A stretch of 64,000 nt of DNA from an uncultured Acidobacteriota bacterium. Its GTDB lineage: Bacteria > Acidobacteriota > Vicinamibacteria > Vicinamibacterales > CAVVIG01. Positions 7,891-17,966 of the stretch are shown here, in pieces. Both the position numbers and the translations under genes were made by a program. Within the stretch, counting starts at the first letter, position 1. The number at the start of each line of letters is the position of its first letter. The stretch is taken from assembly GCA_963792175.1 (NCBI GenBank), contig CAWBVG010000034.1:85830-149829 (forward strand), given 5' to 3'. The notes under the pieces were generated by a model. It made no database searches and was not told the DNA's origin. It saw only the letters and a program-made list of their open reading frames with translations.

Positions 7891-9750
7891 ATGGATCTGT
7901 TCGCGCCGGCCGAGGCCACGGCCGCTTTGCAGCTTCGCGAGCGTCAGGACATTCCCGACCGATTCAAGTGGAACCTCTCGCACATCTTCCCGGCCTGGCC
8001 CGAGTGGCAGGCGGCCTACGACGACCTCGAGCGGAAGATCGGCGCCTACGCCGCTCTGCAAGGCACGCTGGCCAAAGGCGCCGACCGACTGCTGGCGGCG
8101 ATGAAGCTGTCCGACGACATCGGCCAGCTCACGTATAAGGTCTGGTACTTCGCCTCGCTCAAGCACGACGAGGATCAACGGGACAACCAGATCAACGCCC
8201 GCCGTCAGCAGGTGCAGATTCTGTTCGCCAAGGCGAACCAGGCGTGCGCGTGGTTCAACCCCGAGCTCCTGCAGATTCCCCTGCCGACCGTGCAGCAGTG
8301 GCTGGACGCCAACGCCGAGCTCGCGGTCTACCGCTTTGCCATCGAGGATCTGTACCGGCAGCAGGAGCACGTGCTCGACGAAAAGGGCGAACACCTGCTC
8401 TCGCTGGCCAGCCGGTTCGCGACGACGCCGAATGACGCCTATTCCGCGCTGTCGACCGCCGACGTGAAGCACCCGGTCGTCACGCTCTCGACCGGAGAGG
8501 TCACTCTGACCTACGGACAGTACCGGGCGATCCTGGCGACGAATCGACTCCAGAGCGATCGCCGGGCCGCCTTCGAGGAATTCCACCGGCTCTTCGAGTC
8601 GAGCGTCAACACCTACGCGTCGCTCTACCACAGCGTCCTGCAGCGCGACTTGTTCTTTTCGCAGGCCCGAGGCTATCGGACGACGCTGGATGCGGTGCTG
8701 CACGGCAACAACATCCCGACGGCGGTGGTCGAGAACCTGATCGACACGACGAAGGCCGGGGCCGAGCCGCTGCGCCGCTATCACCGCCTCCGCAAACGGG
8801 TCCTGGGACTCGACACCTATCACAACTACGACACGGCGATTCCGCTGGTTGACTTCGATCGCAAGTATCCGTACGAGGACGTCCTGGAGTGGCTGCCTGC
8901 CTCGGTGAAGCCATTGGGTCAGGAGTACGAGCGCCAGATGCGGCGAGGCCTGGCGAGCGAGTGGATCGACGTTTACGAGAACCCGGGTAAACGCAGTGGG
9001 GCGTATTCGGCGCCCGTCTACGGCGTGCACCCGTACATGCTCCTGAACTACAACGACACGCTGGACGCGGTGTTCACGCTGGCGCACGAGATGGGGCATT
9101 CGATGCACACGCTCCTCTCGCACGCGCATCAGCCATTCGTGTACTCCGCGTACACGATCTTCGTCGCGGAGGTGCCCTCCACCCTCAGCGAGATGCTGTT
9201 CCTCGATTACATGCTCGAGCGCGCGACCGACGATCGCGAGCGCATCGTCCTGCTCCAGCACGCGATCGACGGCATCGTCGGCACGTTCTATACGCAGGTG
9301 CTGTTCGCGGACTACGAGCTGCAGGCGCACCGGCTCGTCGAGGAAGGACGTCCCGTCACCGCCGAGGAGCTCGGCGAGATCTATTTCAACCTGCTCAAGA
9401 GTTACTACGGCGACGCGCTCGACTACGACGAGCAGTCACGGCTGACGTGGGCGCGTATCCCGCACTTCTTCAGCACCCCGTACTACGTCTACCAGTACGC
9501 CACCTGCTTCGCCTCGAGCGCGCAGTTGATGAAACAACTCACGACCGGTTCCGAAGCCGCGCGGGCGGCGGCGATCAACCGCTACCTCACGCTGCTCAAG
9601 TCCGGCGGCAGCGACCACCCGATGACGCTCCTGCTGCGCGCCGGAGTCGATCTCAGCCAGCCGGAGACGGTCCGCGCCGTCGTCGATCAGCTCGACGATC
9701 TCGTCACGAAGCTCGAAAAAGCTATCGGAAGTCTGAAGTCTGAAGCTTGA
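7891..9750 (+). CDS. pepF: Oligoendopeptidase F (M3B)
   Basis: WNLSHIF, GKRSGAYS, TLAHEMGHSMH (HEXXH), FVAEVPSTLSE, WARIPHF, YYVYQYAT. Confidence 0.95.
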   Translation: MDLFAPAEATAALQLRERQDIPDRFKWNLSHIFPAWPEWQAAYDDLERKIGAYAALQGTLAKGADRLLAAMKLSDDIGQLTYKVWYFASLKHDEDQRDNQINARRQQVQILFAKANQACAWFNPELLQIPLPTVQQWLDANAELAVYRFAIEDLYRQQEHVLDEKGEHLLSLASRFATTPNDAYSALSTADVKHPVVTLSTGEVTLTYGQYRAILATNRLQSDRRAAFEEFHRLFESSVNTYASLYHSVLQRDLFFSQARGYRTTLDAVLHGNNIPTAVVENLIDTTKAGAEPLRRYHRLRKRVLGLDTYHNYDTAIPLVDFDRKYPYEDVLEWLPASVKPLGQEYERQMRRGLASEWIDVYENPGKRSGAYSAPVYGVHPYMLLNYNDTLDAVFTLAHEMGHSMHTLLSHAHQPFVYSAYTIFVAEVPSTLSEMLFLDYMLERATDDRERIVLLQHAIDGIVGTFYTQVLFADYELQAHRLVEEGRPVTAEELGEIYFNLLKSYYGDALDYDEQSRLTWARIPHFFSTPYYVYQYATCFASSAQLMKQLTTGSEAARAAAINRYLTLLKSGGSDHPMTLLLRAGVDLSQPETVRAVVDQLDDLVTKLEKAIGSLKSEA

Positions 9751-9793
9751 AGTCTGAAGGCTTCAGCCTTGAGACTTGACACTTGAGACTTTG
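9728..9793. repeat. Imperfect inverted heptamer arrays (GAAGTCT x4 / GACTTGA-like x4) spanning two convergent stop codons
   Basis: gaagtct gaagtct gaagctt gaagtct gaagg cttca gccttga gacttga cacttga gactttg. Confidence 0.8.
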
Positions 9794-10212
9794 CTGGCGA
9801 CGCGCAGCAGGCTATGCGTCGCTCCGATGCACGTGTCCATTACCACCATCAGCCCACCCGCCTGTGCACGGGCCGCAGCGTCCTCGCTGGCGATGCCGGT
9901 CTGCAGCCACAGCGCCTTCGCGCCAATGGTGACCGCGTCGTCTGCGATGGCCGGTGTGTCTTCGGCGCGGCGAAACACGTCGACGATATCGATCGGCTCG
10001 GGGACGTCGATGAGGGACGGATACGATCGCTGCCCGAGGATGTCGGTCTCTTTCGGGTTGACGGGAACGACGCGGTAGCCGGCGCGGAGGAGCTTCTGCA
10101 TGATGCCATACGACTCCTTGTCCGGGTTCGACGATGCCCCGACGATTGCGATGGTCGTGGCGTTAGTGAGAAGCTCTTTCAGCTCCTGATCAGACGGATT
10201 CGAGTGCGGCAT
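9763..10212 (-). CDS. CoA-binding protein (YccU-like)
   Basis: TIAIVGASSNPDKESY, VVPVNP, IDIVDVFRR, LWLQTGI, VVMDTC; TGa-TAGAAT-N6-ATG upstream. Confidence 0.92.
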   Translation of the reverse strand: MPHSNPSDQELKELLTNATTIAIVGASSNPDKESYGIMQKLLRAGYRVVPVNPKETDILGQRSYPSLIDVPEPIDIVDVFRRAEDTPAIADDAVTIGAKALWLQTGIASEDAAARAQAGGLMVVMDTCIGATHSLLRVASKVSSVKSQG

Positions 10213-11880
10213 CCGCTCATTCTATCAATCGCGCTCATCCCAGCCCTGGCGGTGGGCTGTGTGCGTCCCGCGCGCCTCGCCGCGGATCTCGTCATCACGA
10301 ATGCCAGTATCTGGACCGGCGACGCGCTTCAGCCCGACGCGAACGCCGTTGCGGTCATCGGCGATCGCATTGTCGATGTCGGCAGTTCGCGGGAGATCGA
10401 CCGCTGGCGCGGGGCCGCGACGACCGTCATCGACGCGGAAGGGCGTCGGGTGCTGCCGGGCTTCAACGACGCCCACGTCCACCTGATCGACGGCGGTACA
10501 GCGCTCGACAACGTGAACCTGAAGGACGCCGCAACGCCGGCCGAATTCACCCGCCGAATCGCCGAGCGCGCGAAGACCAAGCCGGGAGAATGGATTCTCG
10601 GCGGCGAATGGGACGACCAGCGGTGGACGCCGGCCGAGCTCCCCACCAGGCATCTCATCGACGACGTCACGAACGGCACGCCGGTGTTCGTCACCCGCTA
10701 CGACGGACACATGGCCCTCGCGAATTCGACGGCACTGGGCCGGGCGGGCGTCACCGAGATCACGCCGGATCCTCCCGGCGGCGCCATCGTCCGCGATGCG
10801 AACGGCTTTCCGACCGGCGTGCTCAAAGACGCCGCGATGGAGTTCGTCGCGCGGGTGATTCCCAAGATGACCCCGGACGCGCGGCTGGCGGTCGTCAAAC
10901 GGGCCCTTCGATACGCCGCCTCCGTGGGGGTGACGAGCCTGCAGGACATGAACCCGTCGTACGACGACATTGGGGTCTACGCGGAGCTTGCAAATCGCAA
11001 CGAGCTGACCGCGCGGATCTACGCCGCCCCGCTCGAGCTCGGTTGGTACGACCAGGCGAAGCTCGGAGTGCACCGGTCGTTCGGGTCGTCGTGGCTTCGG
11101 ATTGGCGCGGTCAAGGGCTACGCGGACGGCTCGCTCGGGTCCACCACGGCCTATTTCTTTCAGCCGTACACCGACGCTCCCCAGACGCGCGGGCTGCTCT
11201 CTGACGAAATGCAGCCGATCGACGACATGCGCATCAGGCTCATGGCCGCGGACCACGCCGGACTGCAGCTCTGCATGCACGCGATCGGGGACGCGGGCAT
11301 CTCCGCGACTCTGGATCTCTACGCCGACGTCATCCGCGCCAACGGCGGGCGCGATCGCCGCCTTCGCATCGAGCATGCGCAACACATCGCGCCAAAGGAC
11401 TTCGAACGGTTTGCGGCGATGAACGTGATTGCCTCCGTGCAGCCCTATCACGCCATCGACGATGGCCGATGGGCGGAACGGCGTATCGGCCCGGAACGGA
11501 TCAAGACGACCTACGCCTTCCGGACGTTGATCGACAAGGGCGTCCGGCTGGCGATCGGGACCGACTGGACCGTCGCGCCGCTCAACCCGATGCTGACGTT
11601 GTACGCCGCGACGACGCGGGCGACGCTGGACGGCGCACATCCGGATGGCTGGGTTCCGGAACAGAAGATCTCGATCACCGAGGCGGTGCAGGCGTATACG
11701 AGCGGATCGGCCTTCGCCGAGTTTCAGGACACCGTGAAGGGCACGATTGTCCGCGGAAAGATTGCGGATCTCATCATTCTCAGCGACGACGTGTTCTCCA
11801 TTCCGGCCGCGCGTCTGAAAGATGTCCAGGTGCTGACGACCGTCGCGGGTGGCAAGGTCGTCCATCAGCGCAGGCCCTGA
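10204..11880 (+). CDS. Amidohydrolase 3 family (YtcJ-like) lipoprotein
   Basis: GTG 10204 gives MRHPLILSIALIPALAVGC lipobox; PGFNDAHVH, KGYADGSLGS, MHAIGD, RIEHAQH, GTDW, GKIADLIIL. Confidence 0.9.
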   Translation: MRHPLILSIALIPALAVGCVRPARLAADLVITNASIWTGDALQPDANAVAVIGDRIVDVGSSREIDRWRGAATTVIDAEGRRVLPGFNDAHVHLIDGGTALDNVNLKDAATPAEFTRRIAERAKTKPGEWILGGEWDDQRWTPAELPTRHLIDDVTNGTPVFVTRYDGHMALANSTALGRAGVTEITPDPPGGAIVRDANGFPTGVLKDAAMEFVARVIPKMTPDARLAVVKRALRYAASVGVTSLQDMNPSYDDIGVYAELANRNELTARIYAAPLELGWYDQAKLGVHRSFGSSWLRIGAVKGYADGSLGSTTAYFFQPYTDAPQTRGLLSDEMQPIDDMRIRLMAADHAGLQLCMHAIGDAGISATLDLYADVIRANGGRDRRLRIEHAQHIAPKDFERFAAMNVIASVQPYHAIDDGRWAERRIGPERIKTTYAFRTLIDKGVRLAIGTDWTVAPLNPMLTLYAATTRATLDGAHPDGWVPEQKISITEAVQAYTSGSAFAEFQDTVKGTIVRGKIADLIILSDDVFSIPAARLKDVQVLTTVAGGKVVHQRRP

Positions 11881-13461
11881 TGCGGCGCCCGGCGCCGACA
11901 ACGACGGCCGCGGCGCTCCTGGCATTCACCGTCCTGTACATGTCGATCACCTTCGGGTCGACGGTTGCCGGCGGCGCCGATCAGTACAGCTATGTGACGC
12001 AGGCGGGTCTCTGGCGCACAGGGACGCTGCAGATTCACCAGGACATCGTGCGCGACTCGCCATGGCCTGGCGCGGCCGAGACGTGGACGCCAGTCGGCTT
12101 TCGGACGATCCCCGGGGATCAAGGGGCGATTGCGTCGGTGTACCCGCCCGGACTGCCGCTGTTGATGGCGCTGTTCCAGATCGTTGCCGGGTTATGCGGC
12201 GCGTTTCTGGTCGTGCCGATCTGCAGCGCGCTGACCGTCTGGCTGACGTACCTGCTGGGCCGCCGGTTGTTCGACGCGTCAAGGCTCGCGCTGATCGCGG
12301 CGGTGCTGATCGCCGCGAGTCCGGTGTTCCTCTATCAGATCATGAACGCGATGAGCGACGTGCCGGCCACGGCGGCGTGGACGCTCGCGCTGCTCCTGGT
12401 CGTGTCGGATCGGCCGCTGCTGTCTGGCCTCGCTGCCGGAGCGGCGATCCTGATCAGGCCGAATCTCGCGCCGGTGTCCGGAGTGTTCGTCCTGTGGCTG
12501 GCCGTCACCAACCGCGCCTCGGTCTGGCGTTTCGCGGCCGGCCTCGCGCCAGCGGTGGCCGCCGTGCCGTTGGTGAACTGGCGCATGTACGGATCGCCGC
12601 TGACCAGCGGATATGGGGAGCTCGGTCAGTACTACGCGTGGGGATACGCGCTCGACAACCTTCGCCGTTATCCAGTCTGGATGGTCGACACACAGACGCC
12701 GCTTGTCCTGTTGGCGCTTGGTCTGTTCGTGGCGCCGGCCTGGCTCCCGCGCCCGCGCGTCCCGCATCTCCAGATGCTCCTCGGCGGCTTCATCGGCACG
12801 CTGTTCCTGTCGTACTTGTTCTACACGCCGTTTGACGCGTGGTGGTTCCTGCGGTTCCTGCTGCCGATGTGGCCCGCGATCATGGTGCTGACGGCAGCGG
12901 CGCTGGAGGCGATCGCGCAGCGACGGACGGGCCAATGGTCATCGGTCGTCGTGTGGGCCATCGTGTTGGCTGTCGGCTGGCGCGGTATACGGCTGGCTGC
13001 CGAGCGCAGCGCCTTCGATCTGGGGTGGGGCGATCGGCGGTACGTGAACGTCGCGCGATTCGTGGCGGAGCACACGGAGCCGGATGCGGTGGTTCTCTCG
13101 AGGCAGCACAGCGGATCGATCCGTCACTATACCGGCCGTCTGACGCTTCGCTTCGACACGCTCGACCGCGCCGCCCTCGACCGCGCGATCGCGTTTCTTC
13201 AGTCCTCGGGGCGGCCGCCGTACCTCGTCCTCGACGGCGACGAGGTGCCGATGTTCCAGGCGCGGTTCGCGCGGTCGCAGCCGACTGGCGGCCCTCGACC
13301 GGGCCCCGCTTGCGACGCTGGCGGCGCCGGCCATTCTCGTTTTCGATCTGCGGGAGCCCGCGCGCACCGATGCGCCACTCGCGATCTCGACGCTCAGTTC
13401 GCGACCTGGTTGGCGATGCACGGAGCCTCCGATCTGGCCGCCGCTTCTGCGGCTCAAATAG
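11880..13461 (+). CDS. GT-C fold (PMT/ArnT-like) membrane glycosyltransferase; frameshift near 13275
   Basis: AGGADQYSYV, YPPGLPLLM, MSDVPATA, ILIRPN, RFLLP; many TM helices; shifted frame ends PPLLRLK-TAG at 13461. Confidence 0.7.
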
Positions 13462-13471
13462 CTCTGCCGCG

Positions 13472-13487
13472 TGGCAAGCGGCTTGCA
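13472..13487 (+). promoter_or_regulatory. Putative sigma54 (-24/-12) promoter
   Basis: TGGCAAGCGGCTTGCA, near-consensus TGGCAC-N5-TTGCW, in the intergenic region upstream of REC-GGDEF-EAL gene. Confidence 0.75.
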
Positions 13488-13619
13488 CTTTTTGGTCGTC
13501 ACCCCAGCAAACCGTCAGGTTTCACGACGGGTCTTGCACGCGGCTGCACGAAGCTGTTGGTTTTTCCAACAGTCACCCGCGTTGCGACGGTCCGATGTCG
13601 TGGTTCGGAGGTTTGGGGA

Positions 13620-15316
13620 ATGACGCCACTGCGATTGCTGCTGATCGAAGACTCGGAGAACGACGCGCTGCTCGTCGTTCACGAATTGACTCGCGCGGGA
13701 TTCACCGTCACGCTCGAGCGCGTGGAGAGCGCCGAAGCCCTCGCGGACGCCCTCGAGCGCGAGCACTGGGATCTCGCGATTGCCGACTACACGATGCCGC
13801 AGTTCAGCGGGACCGCCGCGCTGCAGCTGCTGCGGCAATACGACCCCGACATGCCGTTCATCTTCGTGTCAGGCACGATCGGCGAGGACATCGCTGTCGC
13901 GGCGATGAAAACCGGCGCGCACGACTACATCATCAAGGGCCATCTGAAACGCCTCGGCCCGGCGGTCCAGCGCGAGCTGCGCGAGGCCGAAGGCCGCGTG
14001 TCGCGCAAGCGCGCGGAAGCGCGGCTCGAGCACATGGCGTATCACGATTCGCTGACGGATCTGCCGAACCGCGTGCTCCTGCACGATCGACTGCAGCAGG
14101 CGATTCTCACGGCGCAGCGGGACGCGCGAGTCGCTGTCGCTGCTGGTGCTCGATCTCGACGGCTTCAAGGCCATCAACGACTCGCTCGGCCATCATGCCG
14201 GCGACGGGCGCTGCAGGAGGTCGCGTGCCGCCTCCAGGCCCGCCTGCGCGATGTGGACACGGTGGCACGGCTCGGCGGCGACGAGTTCGCGCTCCTGCTG
14301 CCGCGGACCGACGCCGACGGCGCGATGCTCGCCGCGCGGAAGATCCTGTTGGATCTGGCACGGCCGCTGGTCGTCGAAGGCCATCAGGCGTTCATCGGCG
14401 CCAGCGTCGGCATCGCCTGTTTTCCGGACCACGGCGCCAATCCGGACGCGCTGCTGCAGCGCGCCGACATCGCGATGTACGTCGCGAAGAGCGGCGGGCT
14501 CGGCTGCGCCGTCTACGCCGCGGTCCGTGACAGCGAAGCGCACCACCAGCTGGCGCGCGTCACCGATCTCCGCGACGGCATCCACCGCAACGAGTTCTTC
14601 CTCGACTACCAGCCGGTGGTGAACCTGCAATCGGGCGAAGACGATGTACGTCGAGTCGCTCGCCCGCTGGAACCACCCGCGCGAGGGGCGGCTGATGCCG
14701 GATCGGTTCATCGAGCTGGCGGAGCGCACCTGGCTGATCGAACCGCTGACGATGATCCTGCTGGAGAGGGCGCTCGCCGATTGGCGGGATCGATCCGCGC
14801 CTGGCGACGCGATCTCGATCGCGTTGAATCTGTCGCCGAAGAGCCTGCGCGATCCCGATTTTCCGACGCGGGTCGCGACGGCGCTGGACGTGCACGGCGC
14901 GTCGCCGTCCACGCTGGTGCTGGAAATCACCGAGAACGTCCTGATGTCTGATGCGCACGCAGTCGCTGACGTGTTTGAGGCAGCTGCACGAGATGGGCAT
15001 CACGCTGGCGATCGACGACTTTGGCGCCGGCTATTCGTCGCTGAGCTACCTTCGGCGGCTCCCGGTCGACGTCCTGAAGATCGATCGCTCGTTCATCACC
15101 GGGCTGAAGGTGGGCGAGGACGCCATCGTACGCTCGACGATCGATCTCGCCCACGACCTCGGGTTGACCGTGGTGGCCGAGGGTGTTGAATCGAAAATGG
15201 AACGCGACCACCTGCGCGACCTCGCCTGCGACGCGGCGCAGGGGCGTTATCTCGCCGCGCCGTGCGCGCCGCTCGAGGCGCGCCGCCTGGTCATGGCCGG
15301 CGGCATGGGGGCGTAG
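13620..15316 (+). CDS. Response regulator REC-GGDEF-EAL (c-di-GMP cyclase/phosphodiesterase); several frameshifts
   Basis: LLLIEDSENDA, DYTMPQFSG, YHDSLTDLPNR, DLDGFKAINDSLGH, ARLGGDEF, YQPVV, VESLARW, LEITE, IDDFGAGYSSL, VVAEGVE across frames. Confidence 0.9.
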
Positions 15317-15346
15317 CGCCGCCGATTCCCAATGTCTAATTCCTCA

Positions 15347-16642
15347 TTACGCAGTCTGTGTGCTCCGAATGTAATAGAACATCGACGCGACGGCGATCAC
15401 CAGCCCCTCGATCCTGAACTCCCGGAGCGTGGCGTTCGACAAGAGCCACACGATGACCATCGCCGCCAGCAGCGGAATCGCTGGTCCGCCCGGCAGCTGG
15501 AACGGCGCGCCGTCCGTCCGCACGTCCCTTCGCTGCAGCTCGTACGACGCGGCGACACACGTCAGGTACAACGTCAGCGCCGCGACGTTGGCGAGGATCG
15601 CGAGCTGCGTGAAGCTGCTGCTCACGGCCAGCGCCGCGATCAGCACGGCGTAGACCGCGATCGCCACGTGGGGCGTGTGGAAGCGAGGATGCACGCGCGC
15701 GAGCGCTGCCGGCAGGACACCGTCTCGACCGAACGCGTAGAGCGAGCGCGGACTGCCCAGCATGTCACCGGCGACGTAGCCGAACATCGAGACGATGGCG
15801 CCGCCGATGACCAGCAGCCGGCCTCCGGATCCCAGAACGCGCGACGCCGCCTCAGCCAGCGGTGCGGACGCGAAGTCCGCGATCGCCGGCCCGAGCAGGC
15901 CCTGCGCGACCCGCTGGATCAGCAGATAGAGCGTCGTCGTGGTCGCGAGCGCGAGGAACAGCGCACGCGGCACCGTGCGCGCCGGATCGCGCACTTCGCC
16001 GCTCGGCACCAGAGCGATCTCCACGCCGAGAAAGGCGAAGATCAGCACGATGGCGGTCCGGCCGAGCGCGGCGGGCGCAGGAAAGCCCGGAAACCTCACG
16101 TACTCGGGGTTGACCGACCACAGTCCGACAGCGACGAGAACGAACAGCGGCAGCAGCTTCGCGACCGTGGCTGTTTCGACGAGAAACGCACCGAACCTGA
16201 CGCCGCGGACGTTCACGGCAGCCACTACCCCCATCAGCACAACCAGCAGCACGGCGCGCCCGGCGGGCGTCGCCGCGGGCGCCCAGATAGCCGCCACCGA
16301 ACCCGCGAAGGCGCTGGCAACCGAGGCCACCGCGAACGCCGCCATCAGCTGATACAACACACCGGCGAGGAATCCGATGAACGGGCCGAAGGCGACTCCC
16401 ACGTACGCATACAACCCGCCGGTCAACGACACGCGGCTGCCGGCCGCGGCGAAGCACGAGACGATCAGGGCCATCAGCGCGGCACAGAGGACATAGGCGA
16501 GCGGCGCCGCGGCGCCAAGGCCGGCGGCGACCGCCGCCGGCAGCACGAAGATGCCCGCGCCGATCGTCGTGTTGACTATGCTCGCCGTCAGCGGGCGGAC
16601 ACCTAGCGCTTTTACCAGCGCCCCTTCAGATCGTGTCTGCAT
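15347..16642 (-). CDS. APC family amino acid permease
   Basis: TTIGAGIFVLP, GGLYAYV, IFAFLGVE, EVRDPARTVPRA, HPRFHTPH. Confidence 0.92.
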   Translation of the reverse strand: MQTRSEGALVKALGVRPLTASIVNTTIGAGIFVLPAAVAAGLGAAAPLAYVLCAALMALIVSCFAAAGSRVSLTGGLYAYVGVAFGPFIGFLAGVLYQLMAAFAVASVASAFAGSVAAIWAPAATPAGRAVLLVVLMGVVAAVNVRGVRFGAFLVETATVAKLLPLFVLVAVGLWSVNPEYVRFPGFPAPAALGRTAIVLIFAFLGVEIALVPSGEVRDPARTVPRALFLALATTTTLYLLIQRVAQGLLGPAIADFASAPLAEAASRVLGSGGRLLVIGGAIVSMFGYVAGDMLGSPRSLYAFGRDGVLPAALARVHPRFHTPHVAIAVYAVLIAALAVSSSFTQLAILANVAALTLYLTCVAASYELQRRDVRTDGAPFQLPGGPAIPLLAAMVIVWLLSNATLREFRIEGLVIAVASMFYYIRSTQTA

Positions 16643-16669
16643 AGCCTGTGTCTCGCGCGAAGTGTCCCT

Positions 16670-16751
16670 GTCCGCGAAGGGACTTCCCTCGGATCCGAGC
16701 GAAGGCGGACTTGTCCGCCGAAGCTCCGGAGATCTTCGAGCGAAGGCGGAC
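16670..16751. repeat. Two tandem REP-like palindromes (GTCCGCCGAAG...GAGCGAAGGCGGAC)
   Basis: Units at 16670-16710 and 16713-16751; same family in reverse orientation at 50403-50439. Confidence 0.75.
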
Positions 16752-16805
16752 TGTACCTCATCTTTATCGGTCGCCGCACGCCAGCGCCCGGCGCCGAATT
16801 AGTTG

Positions 16806-16820
16806 CGGAACGACGCTTGC
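16806..16820 (+). promoter_or_regulatory. Putative sigma54 (-24/-12) promoter
   Basis: CGGAACGACGCTTGC = GG-N10-GC with TTGC, upstream of GGAG RBS and ATG 16859. Confidence 0.65.
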
Positions 16821-16858
16821 GTACGCTCGATCGTCAGACCCTTTCAAGGGAGCATTCC

Positions 16859-17966
16859 ATGGCGATCGCGTCGCTGAAGGATCTCTACTTCGACGAATTG
16901 AGCGATCTGTATGACGCCGAAATGCAGATCATTCGCACGCTGCCCAGGCTTGCCGAGTCGGCGCATGCGCCCGAATTGCGAGAAGCGCTGCGCCACCACT
17001 GCGACGAGTCGCGGCTCCACCTCGAGCGGCTGGAACTGATCTTCACGCATTGGGGCGAGCGCCGCCGCGCCAAGCCGTGTGCAGGCCTCGCCGGGATTGT
17101 TCAGGAAGCCGACGATCGCCTGAATCAGGAAGCGACAGACGACGCCCGCGATGCCGGCATCATCGGCGTGGCGCAGCGCATCGAGCACTACGAAATGGCC
17201 GCGTACCGGCTGCGCCCGTGCGTACGCGCGCCGGCTCAACCGGGCTGATGAAGCGCGGCTGTTACAGGAAACCCTCGACGACGAAGGACGCGCCGATCGC
17301 CGCCTGACCGAGATGGCCGAGGCGCACATCAATGACGACGCGCGATCGGAATGGGACATGCGCGAGCCGGCCGCGACCGGGCGGCTGAAATACCTGCCGC
17401 TCGAGAATCTCGAACAGAGCCGTCACCTGCGCGACCTCGCCATCCGCAACGAATCTGACGCCGAGCTTGGACGTCTCGATGGTCTGGTCGCCGACAGCGA
17501 GTCCGGCGTCGCCCGATACGCGGTCGTCGATGGCGGCGGCCTGTTCTCGCGCCGGCGCTATCTGTTGCCGGTGACGATGATTCGCTACGACGAGTCGGCC
17601 CGCGTGCTGCGCGTCGACCTCGACGAAACGCTCGCCAGCCGCTATCCGGAGTTCGACCGCGACGAGTTCCAGGCGATGACCGAGCGCGATCGCCGCGGAT
17701 ACGAGATGCGGCTGCTGGAGTTCTTCCCGCGGACGCCGGTCGAACCCGGTCAGGGCGGCGCGGAGGCGGCGCCCCCGGAATGGCTGATGACGGGTGTCTG
17801 GGTGACGGTGCCGCCGCAGAAGGCGGAACGTCTCAGTCCGGACGCGCGAAGCTTCGCGAACGAGTTCGAGCCGGACCGCGAGCATGCGGTGGCGCGGGCC
17901 GGGGAACCGCCGCCGGTCCCTGGCGAAGAAGCCGACACGCCTCCGCCGGGCGACAAGATCAGGTAG
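16859..17966 (+). CDS. YciF/DUF892 ferritin-like domain fused to PRC-barrel domain; frameshift near 17205
   Basis: SLKDLYFDELSDLYDAEMQI, AQRIEHYEMAAY[G], LLQETLDDEGRADRRLT, then in the same frame ELGRLDGLVAD...YAVVDGGGLFSRRRYLLPV. Confidence 0.82.

Noticed and set aside
13500-13580. c-di-GMP-I riboswitch (GCAAACC...GG resemblance)
   Set aside because: No GNRA tetraloop, no ACGCAAAGC junction and no tetraloop receptor; needs an Rfam scan to exclude fully
11469-14951. 1160-aa ORF suggesting a glycosyltransferase-REC-GGDEF fusion
   Set aside because: A frameshift near 13275 bypasses the natural TAG at 13461; a sigma54 motif and separate ATG 13620 lie between the two genes
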